DNA of 63,953 nucleotides, filler included, from Aduncisulcus paluster (GCA_024181965.1; 20 parts of 20 records of this genome joined end to end with filler, not necessarily neighbours in it); one strand, 5' to 3'; numbered from the whole stretch's first letter, positions 51,036-63,598 are shown. Translations and numbers: made by a program. Notes: generated from the sequence alone by a model not told the origin.

Positions 51036-51720
51036 AAGAGAAATACCCAGATGTCATAGATAATGGATCATGCCTGGCTAGGTGTCTCGCAGAAGTTGAA
51101 GAAGAAGAAGAAGAAGAAGTAAAAGCTGGGAAACCACCACTACTAGTATCTGGGTGGGATTGGGTGATATTATCATGGATATCTCGATGAGATTGAGAGT
51201 ATTTGGAGGGATCTATGAAGGGATCATGGTGATGCATGTCTGTTGTTGATGGAGGACCATAAAATCCCCCAGTATCATCATAGTCTTGTTCGTCAGGAGA
51301 ATACTCAATTGATCTACGTCTTTGGGAAGAAGGATTATAAAATGTATGGTCATGATGACGATCCATGTCAAAAGAAGATGGATTAGCAAATGGAAGAAGA
51401 TGAGAAGATATAGTTTGGGAAGATGGTGAAAGATCTGAAGAATGTGTTGATGATGGATTCGAAAGATGATTTCGAAATAAAATAGATGATTCAACAATAG
51501 TACCACATGTAGGGCAAGGGATATATCGTTTAGGTTTAATAACTAATTGTGGAGATAAGGGGACAAGTGGTAAAGAATGACTTTGAAAATATGGGTTAGA
51601 CGGTTGAAGTTCTCGATTATCTTGATTGGTATCAGATGAACCAAACATTGTAGATGGTATAACTGCCCGTGAACTGGATGGATGATGGGTTGATTGATCA
51701 ATAAACTTGAAATGATTCAT
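51036..51720 (-). CDS. Hypothetical S/H/P-rich protein with one C2H2-like finger, 3'-partial
   Basis: CPTC-x12-H..H motif; ATG after an AT-rich leader; open to the contig end. Confidence 0.6.
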
Positions 51721-52035
51721 TGGAAAAGAAATAAAAAAGAAAAAAGAGTATAAATATGAATAATGTTGTGGCTAGCAATTATAATTAATAAATTTCCCCC
51801 CCAAAAAAGAAAAAAATGTCTGTAATGACGGGAAATTGAAAATATATTATTTATGATCAAAAATGACAAATTGAAAAAAAAGAAGATAATTACTTATGGT
51901 TTTTGATTGATAATATGATGTTATTATCTGTCATTAAACGACGTCAAAACACAAGAAAAATAAAATCAGTAGTTTTTGGAGAGAATAATCATTTTGAAAA
52001 ATTTAAATATTCTTATTTCGAGATAATATTATTAT

Positions 52036-52431
52036 ATGGATTTATTGGAAGCTGAATTGCAAGCCCAATTTGATCAAATTGACAAGTATTGTTGTGGAAC
52101 TGATTCGGATCATTTTTATTCGACTGTTGAACCTCAAAAGAATAGAAGAGGTGTTGGATCAAAACCTAAACATGCAGAATTAACAAAAAAACAGGCAGAA
52201 TTATACAAAAAACTTGGAAAACGCCGTAAAATGGAGATTCTTGCTCCTCTCGATTCCGAGGTATCTTCAATGAAAAAACAAGCTAAATCAACAAACCGTA
52301 CAAAAGAAAAAACAAAAGAAAAGAAAGATTCTGAGAAGAAAAAGGCTACTGTTGGAAAGAAGAAAACATCAAAATCTGATAAGACAAAATTCGGGTTTTC
52401 AAGCAGAGCTCGTCAAAAACGCTTTAAGTGA
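52036..52431 (+). CDS. Small lysine-rich basic protein (possibly nucleolar)
   Basis: 131-aa ORF with a K/R-rich C-terminus and AT-rich flanks. Confidence 0.6.
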   Translation: MDLLEAELQAQFDQIDKYCCGTDSDHFYSTVEPQKNRRGVGSKPKHAELTKKQAELYKKLGKRRKMEILAPLDSEVSSMKKQAKSTNRTKEKTKEKKDSEKKKATVGKKKTSKSDKTKFGFSSRARQKRFK

Positions 52432-52937
52432 TTGATTTATGCTGCTTTTTGAAAGATTTTTTTTCTTGAAATGGAAATTCCGAAACAATGCATCACAGCT
52501 ATAGTAAAGCTGTGTCTGGTAGAATCCCTTGTCTTCCAAATCAAAAACTTATGGCTTCCATCAATACAATTTATTTAACAAATAATACTTCTATCTCTGC
52601 TTCTTCTTATTATCAGTTCTAGTGTATCGTTATTTAATTTTCCCAGCTATTTCAAGGATCTATCGAAGGTTTCGACCCTTGGACCCGTTATAGGGAATTA
52701 CCGAACAATTGTGTACTATACTGCGGTGAAAGGGAAAAAGGAAGGAGATAAACATTGTCAAATGGAATATGATCAGTATTTTCCTTCTCATCAATAATAT
52801 CACATCAAACACTCATCTATCATCTCNNNNNNNNNNNNNNNNNNNNNNNNNNNNNNNNNNNNNNNNNNNNTTAATTAATTAANNNNNNNNNNNNNNNNNN
52901 NNNNNNNNNNNNNNNNNNNNNNNNNNAGTTAAAATTA

Positions 52938-53180
52938 CTAATTTTCCTTCTTGACTCGGATGTTGCCTTGCCTTGGTTTACTGATATTGACAGTATTCTT
53001 TATCATCCAAATCCTTATTATTCCTTGGTTTACCGATATTGATAGTATCACGAGTGCGATACAAATGAATAAATCTGTGAATAGAAACATAAAACGTCTA
53101 TATTTAATAATATTGATGACATCCAGAGATCGGAAATTGAATGCCGGTATGGAGTGTATATAATGCATAATTTCATCCAT
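52938..53180 (-). CDS. Possible small membrane protein
   Basis: 80-aa ORF with one hydrophobic segment; weak support. Confidence 0.25.
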   Translation of the reverse strand: MDEIMHYIHSIPAFNFRSLDVINIIKYRRFMFLFTDLFICIALVILSISVNQGIIRIWMIKNTVNISKPRQGNIRVKKEN

Positions 53181-53963
53181 TTGGTGTTTTTAACTTTTTT
53201 TGATTTTGAAGAGAAATATGATTTAAACGAATGTTAATCATCTGAGAAGTTAAGAAGGACGCCTTGAGAGAATAAACGAGCATATGGAAAGTAGATAAAA
53301 CTCAGAATTGGAAAGAGTTATTATAAAGTACACTCACAATTAATTGGAGAGATATCGTGTAAACAAGCTGTCGGGTGGAACGAGAAAAGGTCTAGAGGCG
53401 AGAAATCACCAAAACCACTAAAAAATGCCAAATCAACAACAGAAGACTCGACCCGATGGTATTCTCCAATTACAACATGAATTTAGCATCATGGAGAAGA
53501 ACTTTGTAATTCGATGTGTTGGCAAATAGGGAGATAATGAAACGGATTTTGAATGTCATTGTCAGGAGTGGACTCACAAGGATGGCATTTAATATATGTT
53601 CCAAAGAAAATGTTCATATATTTTTATGCATATATTATACGATATCACTTCCTGAGTTTGCCAATCGGGGGTTGTGGGTTTGGTCGTTATCTTTTCTTTC
53701 GTTAATAACACATTATATATTTATTGTATGTCATATCTGTTGTTAAATACATATTAAGATATATATTAATCGTTGATATTCAATTATACTAACTATATTG
53801 TGCTGTGTGGTCGTTTCTTGTTCGTTTTGTTCGTTTTGCTCGTTTTGTCTTTGTTTCTCGGACTGTTCTCCTTGAAATTCGCAATTATTCCGTTTGTTCA
53901 CAAATACTATTATTATTCTGCTTGTTTTTATTTTTTTAGATAAGATATTCTATCGCTATTCAA

Positions 53964-54405
53964 ATGAGTTCATCCTCAGATGTTGTTATTCAAACTGTGC
54001 AACCTGAGTTTGTTCATGAAGGAAATCGGTGGTGTTGTCCAATTCCTCGAGATTCCCCCAATGTTAAGAATGTAGAGCTTCCAACTATCGAAGCAATAGA
54101 TGGAACCTTGGAAGAAGATGATGATTTGTACGATCAGAGTCAAAATGCACAACAAATGATGAAAGGAGAGGGTAATTATGGAGATTATACCCATATCAAC
54201 ATTCATTTTCCTTCAGTTTCCCCAATGAAAGCAGTTTATATCTGTATATTTGGTGATTCTTCTTATTTTTCACCTCCATCACATCTTATCTTCGGTTTTA
54301 CGTCTTCAAAGGGTGAGAAAACATCCAAGAAATACAAATTTCCTGAATTTGGAGGAAATCATTGGTATTTCCTTCCTGTTAATCTCCCTGATGTTGTTTT
54401 CTGTG
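53964..54405 (+). CDS. Lineage-specific expanded-family protein (predicted beta-sandwich), 3'-partial
   Basis: Motifs FVHEG..CCPIPRDSP, YDQSQNAQQMMKGE, THINIHF, PPSHLIF and KKYKFP..WYFLP. Recognised from memory as a multicopy fornicate family. Confidence 0.65.
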
Positions 54406-54505
54406 NNNNNNNNNNNNNNNNNNNNNNNNNNNNNNNNNNNNNNNNNNNNTTAATTAATTAANNNNNNNNNNNNNNNNNNNNNNNNNNNNNNNNNNNNNNN
54501 NNNNN

Positions 54506-56216
54506 GTGTGGAATCGAAATGGTTGGTCCTTACTCCTTCGTCCCCAACACTGACAGTGTCTCCAAGTTCGCCTCCTGGACTAACGAGGAATTCTCCAAGA
54601 TCCTTTTGGACGACATCGAGGTTCGTGGTCTCCCCGTTCTTCAAGATGCTCCCCGTAACGATCTTCCCACTGACTTCGAGGTTGCTGACCAATGGCCCGA
54701 ATGTGCTGACCGTGTCAACCACATCCGTGACCAAGGTAACTGTGGTTCCTGCTGGGCTCACGGTGCCGCTGAGGCTCTTACCGACCGTTTCTGTATCAAC
54801 TCTGAGGCTGCTGTGAACGAGGATCTCTCCGTCGAATACATTGTCTCCTGTGACAAGACCAACATGGGTTGTGATGGTGGAAACCTTGGCCTCGCCTGGA
54901 TGTACCTTAAGAACCAAGGTACCGTTCCCGACGCCTGTTTCCCTTACGCCGATGAGACCTACAATGATGGTGACGTTCCCGCTTGTCCTTCCACCTGTGA
55001 CGATGGCTCTGCCCTTACTCACTACCAAGTCAGTTCTTACCACGGTGTCTCTGGTGTTGACAACATCATGACTCAGCTTTATGAGAACGGTTCCCTCGAG
55101 CTCGCTTTCTACGTCTTCGAGGACTTCAAGGACTACACCAGTGGTATCTACGAGCACACTTACGGTAGCTACCTCGGTGGTCACGCCGTGAAGCTTGTTG
55201 GTTGGGGTGTTGAAAACGGTGAGGAGTACTGGAGAATCGCCAACTCATGGGGTGCTGACTGGGGAGAAGATGGTTTCTTCCGTATCAAGAAGGGTGTGAA
55301 CGAATGTGGTATTGAGTCCAATGTTATCGGTGGTGTTCCCAACCTTGACCAGGCTGGTGTCCAAGACATCCGTCCCATCGTCACTGAGGAGCTTGTTAAC
55401 AAGATCAACGCCATGAACACTTCATGGACTGCCAAGTTGTACCCTCGCTTCTCTGAGATGACCGTCTCTGAGGCCAAGCGTATGCTCAACACCTCCATTG
55501 ACACCTCTGCTCTTCCTCTCAAGACCTACTCTGAGAAGGTTACTGTTCCTTCTTCTTTCGATGCTCGTGATGAATGGGGTGACCTTATCGGTCCCATCCG
55601 TGACCAAGGTCAATGTGGTTCTTGCTGGGCTTTCGGTGCCACCGAGGCTCTTGCTGACCGTTGCGGTATCTCCAACGGTACCTTCGTCGAGCTCTCCCCT
55701 GAGTACCTTGTCGCCTGTGACTCCACTAACAGTGGATGCGATGGTGGTAACCTTGACAAGGCCTGGGCTTTCTTGAAGAAAACTGGTACTGTCACTGACA
55801 CCTGTTTCCCCTACGCCACTAAGACTTACGATTTCGGTATTGCTCCTTCTTGTCCTTCCACTTGCTCTGATGGAACAGCCATGACTCACTACAAGGCTTC
55901 TTCTTACTACAACGTCCGTTCCACTGAGACTGCCATCGAGAACGAGATCTACAGCAACGGTCCCGTCGAGGCTGCTTTCAACGTTTATGAGGACTTCTAC
56001 TCATACGAGAGCGGTGTCTACGTTCACAAGACTGGTTCTTACGTCGGTGGTCACGCTATCAAGATCCTCGGTTGGGGAACTGAAACCCTCAAGCCCTACT
56101 GGTTGGTTGCCAACTCTTGGGGAAGTGACTGGGGAGAAACTGGTTACTTCAAGATCCTCCGTGGTTCCAACGAGTGTGGAATCGAGGGTAACGTTGTTGC
56201 TGGTCTCTGTGCCTAA
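54506..56216 (+). CDS. Cathepsin B-like cysteine protease (papain C1A) polyprotein, 5'-partial
   Basis: Two complete domains: QGNCGSCW/GGHAV/ANSWG and QGQCGSCW/GGHAI/ANSWG, each preceded by a pro-like segment. The frame begins with CGIE..VPN. High-expression-like codon bias. Confidence 0.95.
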
Positions 56217-56380
56217 TTTCTGTTGGATGTAATTCTTATCTAAATTGAATACTTTATGGTCTTCCAATAAAATCATTTTTCTTACTTTTGTTTTTATCTA
56301 TTTTGATTTATCATTTTATTCGCAATTTCTGCGATGTGATATGATTTTTCTTGAGACAATTTCAAGTTTGGACGAATCGC

Positions 56381-57006
56381 ATGAATGACTTTATTTGTGA
56401 TGCTCAAAAACGATCTGAATATGGATATATAACAACAAAATTACTTTGTGATGATTCCAAGACATTCCATTCTGTAGAAAAAGATCATTGTTGTGTTTGT
56501 AGTGGATTACTTGTCAATCCAGCATTTCATTGCACTTCATGTGATGCCAGATATTGCACTTTTTGTAATTCGCTATATCCTCAAAAACTTTCTTCGAGTT
56601 GCTATTCCTGTTCCAGACCTTTTCATTCTTCCCGATTAACATCACCACTTTCAACTGATAAATACTCTTGCACTTGTTATATATGTGGGAAAATACTTCC
56701 TTGTTCAAAAATTATCAAACATTTTGCCTATAAACATGGAGTTCGGCCCTCTTCAGCTCAAATCTCTTGGTGGTATCGTATCTCCCAATTTATATCGTCA
56801 ATCTTCTCTTCTAAACCCCGTATTTCAAATTCACCCGAGGTTGACTTCTGGCGTCCAGTAGATACTGTTTATCTTTCAACTTCAATACCTGCTCGTATTG
56901 TCAAACCCCCGCAAATTGCGCAAGGGCATTGTCGTTCAGCAGGAATTTGTAATAATATGGAGGAATTTTTATTTGATAAAATGTTTTTTGTCGTATTCTT
57001 CTTCGC
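56381..57006 (+). CDS. RING-like / zinc-finger protein, 3'-partial
   Basis: CVC..CTSC..CTFC..CYSC cluster followed by CYIC-x11-H-x4-H. Confidence 0.6.
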
Positions 57007-57107
57007 NNNNNNNNNNNNNNNNNNNNNNNNNNNNNNNNNNNNNNNNNNNNTTAATTAATTAANNNNNNNNNNNNNNNNNNNNNNNNNNNNNNNNNNNNNN
57101 NNNNNNT

Positions 57108-58751
57108 GTCAGTGCATGTTCTAGTACCGCTCCTGTTGATTCCGATGGAGACATTAGCATTATACATCGTGGCTCGGCAACATTTGTCATCAACAGTGGC
57201 ATTTGTGGTGATACTGTCACCATTGAAGCCCCTCTTGCCAGTGCAACAACCATTTCAAGCTCAACAGCGATTCAAGCGTATTCTCTTCTTTCCATTGATG
57301 TACATGCTGCGCTGAGTATTACACCTGCGATCTCTGCCAATTCTCGCATATCCCTTACCAGTGGAACATCGATTATCATGTCAGAAACCGGCAGTGTTAG
57401 TGGTTCTACGGCTGATGTTTCCGATATCACTGTTGGTGCTGATAGTACATTAAGAGTTAGCATTGGTGCCTCTGGTTCCGCCAGTTTAACCGTGACCTCC
57501 ACCCAAGCCAATACTACCATTACCTTCCCCGAGGCTGTTGTTGTTGGTGATACATTCACGATTGCTGGAAGTCCTAGCGTTGAATTCAGTGATACTGTTA
57601 ATACCGGTGTGGCTATGTTTAATGTGGCAAGCCTTGAGGTCACAGGTGGAATTACATCGACTAGTACTATGGGCATTACTGCTACTGGTGCTATAATTGG
57701 TTCAACTTATTATGGTGCTTCTGTCACAATTGTTGGTTCCTCAATTGTAGCAAACGAAGTTAAATCTGATTATGGTGAGACCTCTATCACGTGCTCTGGA
57801 TCCACAGGTATAGTAGTTCCCAATATCACATCTGCATCCGATGTATTACTGTCTTCAGCTATTATTAATATTTTAACAAATTTGAAAATTGATAATATTT
57901 CTGATTTGAATGTTTTGAGCAAAACAAGTGTATTTATTGGAAATATCACCGATAATGCTAGCGGAAATGGTATTGGCGATATTTCGATTAATCCCCCGAG
58001 CAGTAGTACTCTGCGCCCCATCGTGAGCCTTGTTTCCGTTTGTGATGCCTCTAGTATTGATGTTTTGGGATCTACTGTGTCTATTCCTGAGCTCACTATA
58101 ACGGGAGATATTGCCTTGACCGCAACTACAGAATTGAATATAACTGGTGGATTGAGTTCTAGTAACGGAACCGTCACTTTGAATAGTTCTGGTGATTGTA
58201 CAATTGGTTCCATTACTTCTGGAGATGTGACTATAACCTCCACTGGTACACTTTCGAGGAACAGTTCAATCACCGACCCCATTACTATTGATACTGGTGG
58301 AACGCTTTCTATCAGCTCCTCAATTATCGATTGTGCGGCTTGTAATTTAGATGCTGGGGATGCAGAAAATACAAATACATTTAGTGTTGCTGCGACGAGT
58401 GGTGCACTCAGTGTGGGAGTTGTGACCGTTTCAGACCAAACCACGCAAACCATGAGTTCACAAGGAAATCTTACCATCAATGGTACCTTGACCATTTCGA
58501 TGGGCACATTTACGATTTCGGCTCCCGATAATAGTTCTGTCACATTTTATGGAAATGTTGAAGGTTCTGGTAGCACTCTGAATATTCAGAACAAGAACAA
58601 CTTAAAGAGTGACTCCACAATTAAGGTTAATACCTTCAGTGCTGTTCTCCAATCTGTAGGTACCATCTCCGGTGGTTATGGCCCTTCATTTGACGGATTG
58701 GCAACATTGAGTGTGACTACCACTGGGTCTATTGATGTTAATGGGTTATCT
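57108..58751 (+). CDS. S/T/G/I/V-rich beta-solenoid, adhesin-like protein, internal fragment
   Basis: The whole contig is one open frame with short beta-strand repeats (GDIALTA, GTVTLNSSG, GNLTINGTLT). Confidence 0.7.
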
Positions 58752-58853
58752 NNNNNNNNNNNNNNNNNNNNNNNNNNNNNNNNNNNNNNNNNNNNTTAAT
58801 TAATTAANNNNNNNNNNNNNNNNNNNNNNNNNNNNNNNNNNNNNNNNNNNNCA

Positions 58854-60344
58854 ATGGAGTCAGGAAGTTTAAGTTCCCTCCTTGAACTTTTGAAATGTTT
58901 GAATGGGGAGATATCCCTGAAGCCACTCTCAAAACACTTTGCTTCACTCAAAGCAAGACTGGAATGTGATGGTTGTGATTCTGCATGTTTAGCATTATTT
59001 ATGCATTTTATTTCTGTCCTTGATGTGTGTTCACATTCAGATAATGGATCTCTATATTTGACATGTGGCAAAGATAAACCTGTGTTAACCTCAAAAAAAG
59101 ATGAACAACAAATTATTTTTGAAGGTGAGACTCTTGACATTCGAAAATACAAATCAAACCCTTTCGCCTTTGCTGAAACTGAATCTCTAAAACTAATTGG
59201 TGGTGGATTTGGTGAAATATATAAATTTAAACACAAACCCATTCGCATGGATTCTTCTAGAATGGTTATATTCAAAAAATTTAAAACTTCAAGTGAAATT
59301 TCCTATGAAAATGCCGAAGAAATGGCTTCCAATGAATACTACTGCTTGTTATTACTGTATCAAGTCTCCACGAGAGCTAGAAAGGAGTGTAAACATGATA
59401 AGGGAATATCAGAGGTTGACAAACCATATGTTTGTGTTCCCAAGCCTGGATATCTCGTGAAGGATGAAGAAGGGAAACGTAAACAGTGTGGAATCATAAT
59501 GGAACCATGCATTGAATCCCTTCGTGAATTTGCTCGAGATATGTGCCATCACATTGACAATCTGGGTGATGAGTGCGATATAGCGATCAGAAAGTTTGCA
59601 ACAAAAATGCTGGACTCTCCTGGTGATTCAACTCAGAGGCTTCCTTGCTTTCCCATCTTCATCCTTGCAAGGGTTATCTTTGAATTGATCCGATGTATGA
59701 GGACCGTGCAAATGTGTCGGAAGCTTTGTCACAAAGATATTAAACCACACAACTTTTTATTTGCCGAACGTGAAAAGCAGGTCAGGGTTGTCTTGACTGA
59801 CTTTGGTGGATCTCATGAGGCGTCAGAATCACTTGAACTGTCTGATCATAGAGACAGAGAAACAAAACATAAATTGGAATGTATTTCTTACGAATATATG
59901 CCACATGAAATTGTTCAAAATTTGATCCATTATCGAAGTGTTCATTGGAGACCTTATCATGATATTGCTGCCACAATGATGACCATTGCAGCTTTGTTAA
60001 ATGAAGGAAAGGCAACGTTTTCCATAAAATCCTTTGGTGAAAGGAGGAATTCCAAGAAGATATTAAGGCTGATAGCTCCATTAATTGCGAAGGCGAAGCT
60101 CAAGGATGCACGTCTATTCTCAGCATTGCACACATCGATGGAGAAAGTTGACCAGTCAGAGTTCTGTGAGATATTGGTGGAAATGTTTGCTTCATATCGA
60201 CCTTCTGAAGGACGAATCCCCACGAATTTGTCATTGGATAAGTATTGGAAGAGATTGAGAAAATTTGATGATATTTTGCCCCGACTGTCATTCAAAAAAT
60301 GTAAAAGCTGTAAAGGAATCTGTCTTGGACATTTAACCCAATAG
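58854..60344 (+). CDS. Divergent Ser/Thr protein kinase
   Basis: IGGGFGEIY, VIFK, HKDIKPHN, DFG and YMPHE, with long inserts. Confidence 0.85.
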   Translation: MESGSLSSLLELLKCLNGEISLKPLSKHFASLKARLECDGCDSACLALFMHFISVLDVCSHSDNGSLYLTCGKDKPVLTSKKDEQQIIFEGETLDIRKYKSNPFAFAETESLKLIGGGFGEIYKFKHKPIRMDSSRMVIFKKFKTSSEISYENAEEMASNEYYCLLLLYQVSTRARKECKHDKGISEVDKPYVCVPKPGYLVKDEEGKRKQCGIIMEPCIESLREFARDMCHHIDNLGDECDIAIRKFATKMLDSPGDSTQRLPCFPIFILARVIFELIRCMRTVQMCRKLCHKDIKPHNFLFAEREKQVRVVLTDFGGSHEASESLELSDHRDRETKHKLECISYEYMPHEIVQNLIHYRSVHWRPYHDIAATMMTIAALLNEGKATFSIKSFGERRNSKKILRLIAPLIAKAKLKDARLFSALHTSMEKVDQSEFCEILVEMFASYRPSEGRIPTNLSLDKYWKRLRKFDDILPRLSFKKCKSCKGICLGHLTQ

Positions 60345-60486
60345 ATATAAGCATCCATATTCAACGTAAGTTATGTTACATAATGATCTTCAACAAAAAT
60401 CTTAAACACTTTATTATTGCTCTCCAGTTCTTTGGTGATATCTCTTTGATTGTAAACTGAGTTTACTAAACTCAATCCCAGTCTCC

Positions 60487-60883
60487 CTAGAGCTCACCAC
60501 CTCCATCAAGACCAGGTACTCCCTCAATCGTTCCAACAGAGCCACCATACTGTCTCCTCTGCTCATGGACAATGTCTTCAATGCTTGGACACTCAAACCC
60601 TTCTCCAAGCATGGGCAATAATGCTTTGATGGATTGGACCTTTTCACGGGCTTGGTGCACACTCATGCGTTTGTCATCATCCTTCCGAGTCAAACCTGTG
60701 AAGACGTCATTCAGACAAGAATAAACAGCCTTGAACTTCCCGTCGTCAATGTGATTGAGAGATTTGAACAGAGGCGAGTCCTTGAGTTTGGTTGTTCTGT
60801 TCTTCTCAATCAGAGTCATGAGAGCATCGCTGAACACAGTTTTATCGGAGATGCCTCGAAGCACTGGGATTTGTAAGAATGGG
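60487..60883 (-). CDS. C-terminal fragment of a related kinase-family gene
   Basis: KLKDSPLFKSL..VF..RMSVHQAREKVQSIKALLP parallels KLKDARLFSAL..MF..LRKFDDILP in the neighbouring kinase. Confidence 0.55.
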
Positions 60884-60983
60884 NNNNNNNNNNNNNNNNN
60901 NNNNNNNNNNNNNNNNNNNNNNNNNNNTTAATTAATTAANNNNNNNNNNNNNNNNNNNNNNNNNNNNNNNNNNNNNNNNNNNN

Positions 60984-62586
60984 ATTCTAACTGTTCCCAC
61001 CTTACGTGAAGCCACTGGCAGTGTTGTGCTGTCCGATGTTAGTGGCGGTGTGGCCTCCCTTCGTGGTCTTGAGTATGCGACGAGTCTTTCCAGTCTTGAT
61101 GCGAGTGACTACGATCTGAGTGGGAGTGTGAGTGGTCTCGGATATGATGATGCCGATGCCGTGTATGATCGAATGGTGATCCAGATGCTTGCGAAGGGTG
61201 TCGACTATTACACTGTTTTGAACATTGGTCTCTCGTCTCTTTCTGTTCAGAACACTGGGATCTACCGAATTGAGGACGTTCTTGATCTGACTCCCATTGC
61301 TTCCTCAGACCTTGCCACATCCACCTTCAAGTTGACTACCCTTGATCTTTCCAACAATTACATCTCCGATGTGTCAGTTCTTATCACCGAAGGCTTCTTC
61401 CCTGCCGATGTGATGGAGACCTTAGTTCTCGATGACAATTATATATGTGATATCTCTGGTGTTGTCTCGACTTTGAACGATTATTTTACGGGCACTTACT
61501 TCTCTTCACTGACTGTCTCTGCCCAGACCTGTCAATGTTCCGAGTCGTTTTCCTTCGCGGATCACAAGACGTGTCGTCGTCGAAGTGATGACACCTATCA
61601 AGTTGAATGTTGGAATGGGTACTATCTGGACAAGGAACTTGGCACTTGTGTGAAAGCAACATCTTCAACAGATGTTACAAGATGTCATGTATGTGAGTTG
61701 GCTGACATCCAAATGTCTGTTATGGAAGAAGGAGCTTCTGATATTACCTGTGGGTGTAAATCCTCATTCCATGGAGATACATGTGAATATGTTGATATCC
61801 CTGATGATAATTTGCGCAGAGCTATATGTGGCACTCTTGTTCCAAGCAGATTATCCACTTGTGATGATGTGACAATTGAAGATTTGGAATCTCTTGTCTC
61901 TTTGAGCGCTCGGTATGTCAATTCATTTGATGGTTTACAATACTCAACCAACCTTGAAACGCTTTCAATTTCCGGAAGTGATGGCATTACTGAAACTGAC
62001 ATTGCGTACCTTCCAGATTCCATGTTGTCACTCACTTTGAAGAATGTAAACTTGGCTGCTGATATCGATTTTTCAGATTTTTCGAACATTATGGAGATGG
62101 ATTTGCAGAATAATTTAACTTTTGATATCACAGTTGTGAATCTCTTGCCTTCTACCCTCACTTCTCTCAACCTCAGTGGATGTGTCAACTTCTTAAATAC
62201 ATACAATCTTCCCTCATCCTTGGTATCCCTCTATTTGGATGACGTTGGTGTTGGAGCTTCTACGTCCTTTGCTGCATTCACTGGCCTTGAGACATTGTCT
62301 CTTGTGAACAGCTCTTCTTTCAACATGAGCAGTTCTTCACAATTACCCTCTTCTCTGAAATATCTGGATCTTGGTGGGTGTTCAAGCTTCGACGGACTCT
62401 CATATCTTCCGACTGGTTTAACTACTCTGAGTCTTGATGGCGTTGGGATTGCTGCCGATACCTCCTTCGTCTCCTTTTCCAGTTTGACGACTCTGTCTGT
62501 TGCAAACAATCCTCTGTACAATGTTGCCTCTGCTGGAGAGTTTCCGAGTACGATCACCTCTCTTGATATCAGTGGATGTTCCTCGT
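60984..62586 (+). CDS. Modular LRR + Cys-rich surface protein, internal fragment
   Basis: SLRGLEYATSL, FKLTTLDLSNNYISDVS, VECWNGYYLD, IPDDNLRRAIC and LPSSLxxLxL repeats. Confidence 0.85.
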
Positions 62587-62686
62587 NNNNNNNNNNNNNN
62601 NNNNNNNNNNNNNNNNNNNNNNNNNNNNNNTTAATTAATTAANNNNNNNNNNNNNNNNNNNNNNNNNNNNNNNNNNNNNNNNNNNN

Positions 62687-63598
62687 CTTCTTTCTCTTAT
62701 TGCTGCTTCCGACCCCTCCAACATCTTTTCCTCTCTCCTCAAAACTGTCGTTGGACGCCTCTTGAATGCTCCATCCTTTAGGTTGATGCTTGCTGATCGC
62801 TATGGATACTTGTGTCCTGGTATCAGTGTAACCGAGAAGTGTTCACATTGTGGTTCCCAACTTGACTTCGTTTCTTCCACCAATCACTCTAGGGTATGCC
62901 GTAGTATTCGCCCGAACATTATAGGTAGGCATGACGACTTAAGGTCGTTATCTGCTGTCTGGTTAGAGGAAGTCTTGGGTCTTCCTATTACTCAAGAGGA
63001 CACTCGCTTCTTCCGGCATCTAAATACTCGAACTCTGAGAGCAGACATTGTTGCTCATGCATTTGGCACAAGTGACTGGTCTCGGAATCTTGTATTTGAT
63101 GCTCAAATCACTGAGGCTGTTTCGACGGATATCATCCTTGACTTCACACGGAGAATCGTTGCAACTGGAAACTCTGCGACTGCTATTGTTGAGCTCGGAA
63201 GGGGAATTATTCATGGGTGTCTTACGAAAAGGGAGTCAAAAAAGCGTAGTGCCTATGCACCCCGCCCTCCTCCTGATAGTGAGATTGATCCTCGCTACTC
63301 GTTCGACTTTTATCCCATGATATTTTCTTCAACAGGTGTTATTGGTGAATCATTCCAAGAATTTCTTCAAGAAAGGCAAGTTGCCTTGGTTCAACGTCAT
63401 CATCCATCTCGCTGCATAGAGGAACTCAAGGTAGTGCTTGCTCGCTCCCTTGCCTTTGGCAGTGCTTTGAATCGTCAATCTTATGAGCTCCGCTGCAGTG
63501 GTCACTGGCCACTTCAGAAACTATCCACAACCACCGTCTCCTATTTCCTTTTACTCACCGTTCGTGTGTATCTCGTAGGCGTGGTTTGGTATAGATAG
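62687..63598 (+). mobile_element. 3' part (zinc knuckle + RLE) of a second copy of the non-LTR retrotransposon
   Basis: Closely similar to 15560-16240 (CSHC..H..C, RHDD, RADIV..FDAQIT, FYPMIFSSTG), but retains the C-terminal helix missing from copy 1. Confidence 0.9.

Noticed and set aside
54450..56276. Long antisense ORFs over cathepsin (also over OCD, the LRR genes and 57770-58543)
   Set aside because: These are shadow frames caused by codon bias and have no independent protein features.
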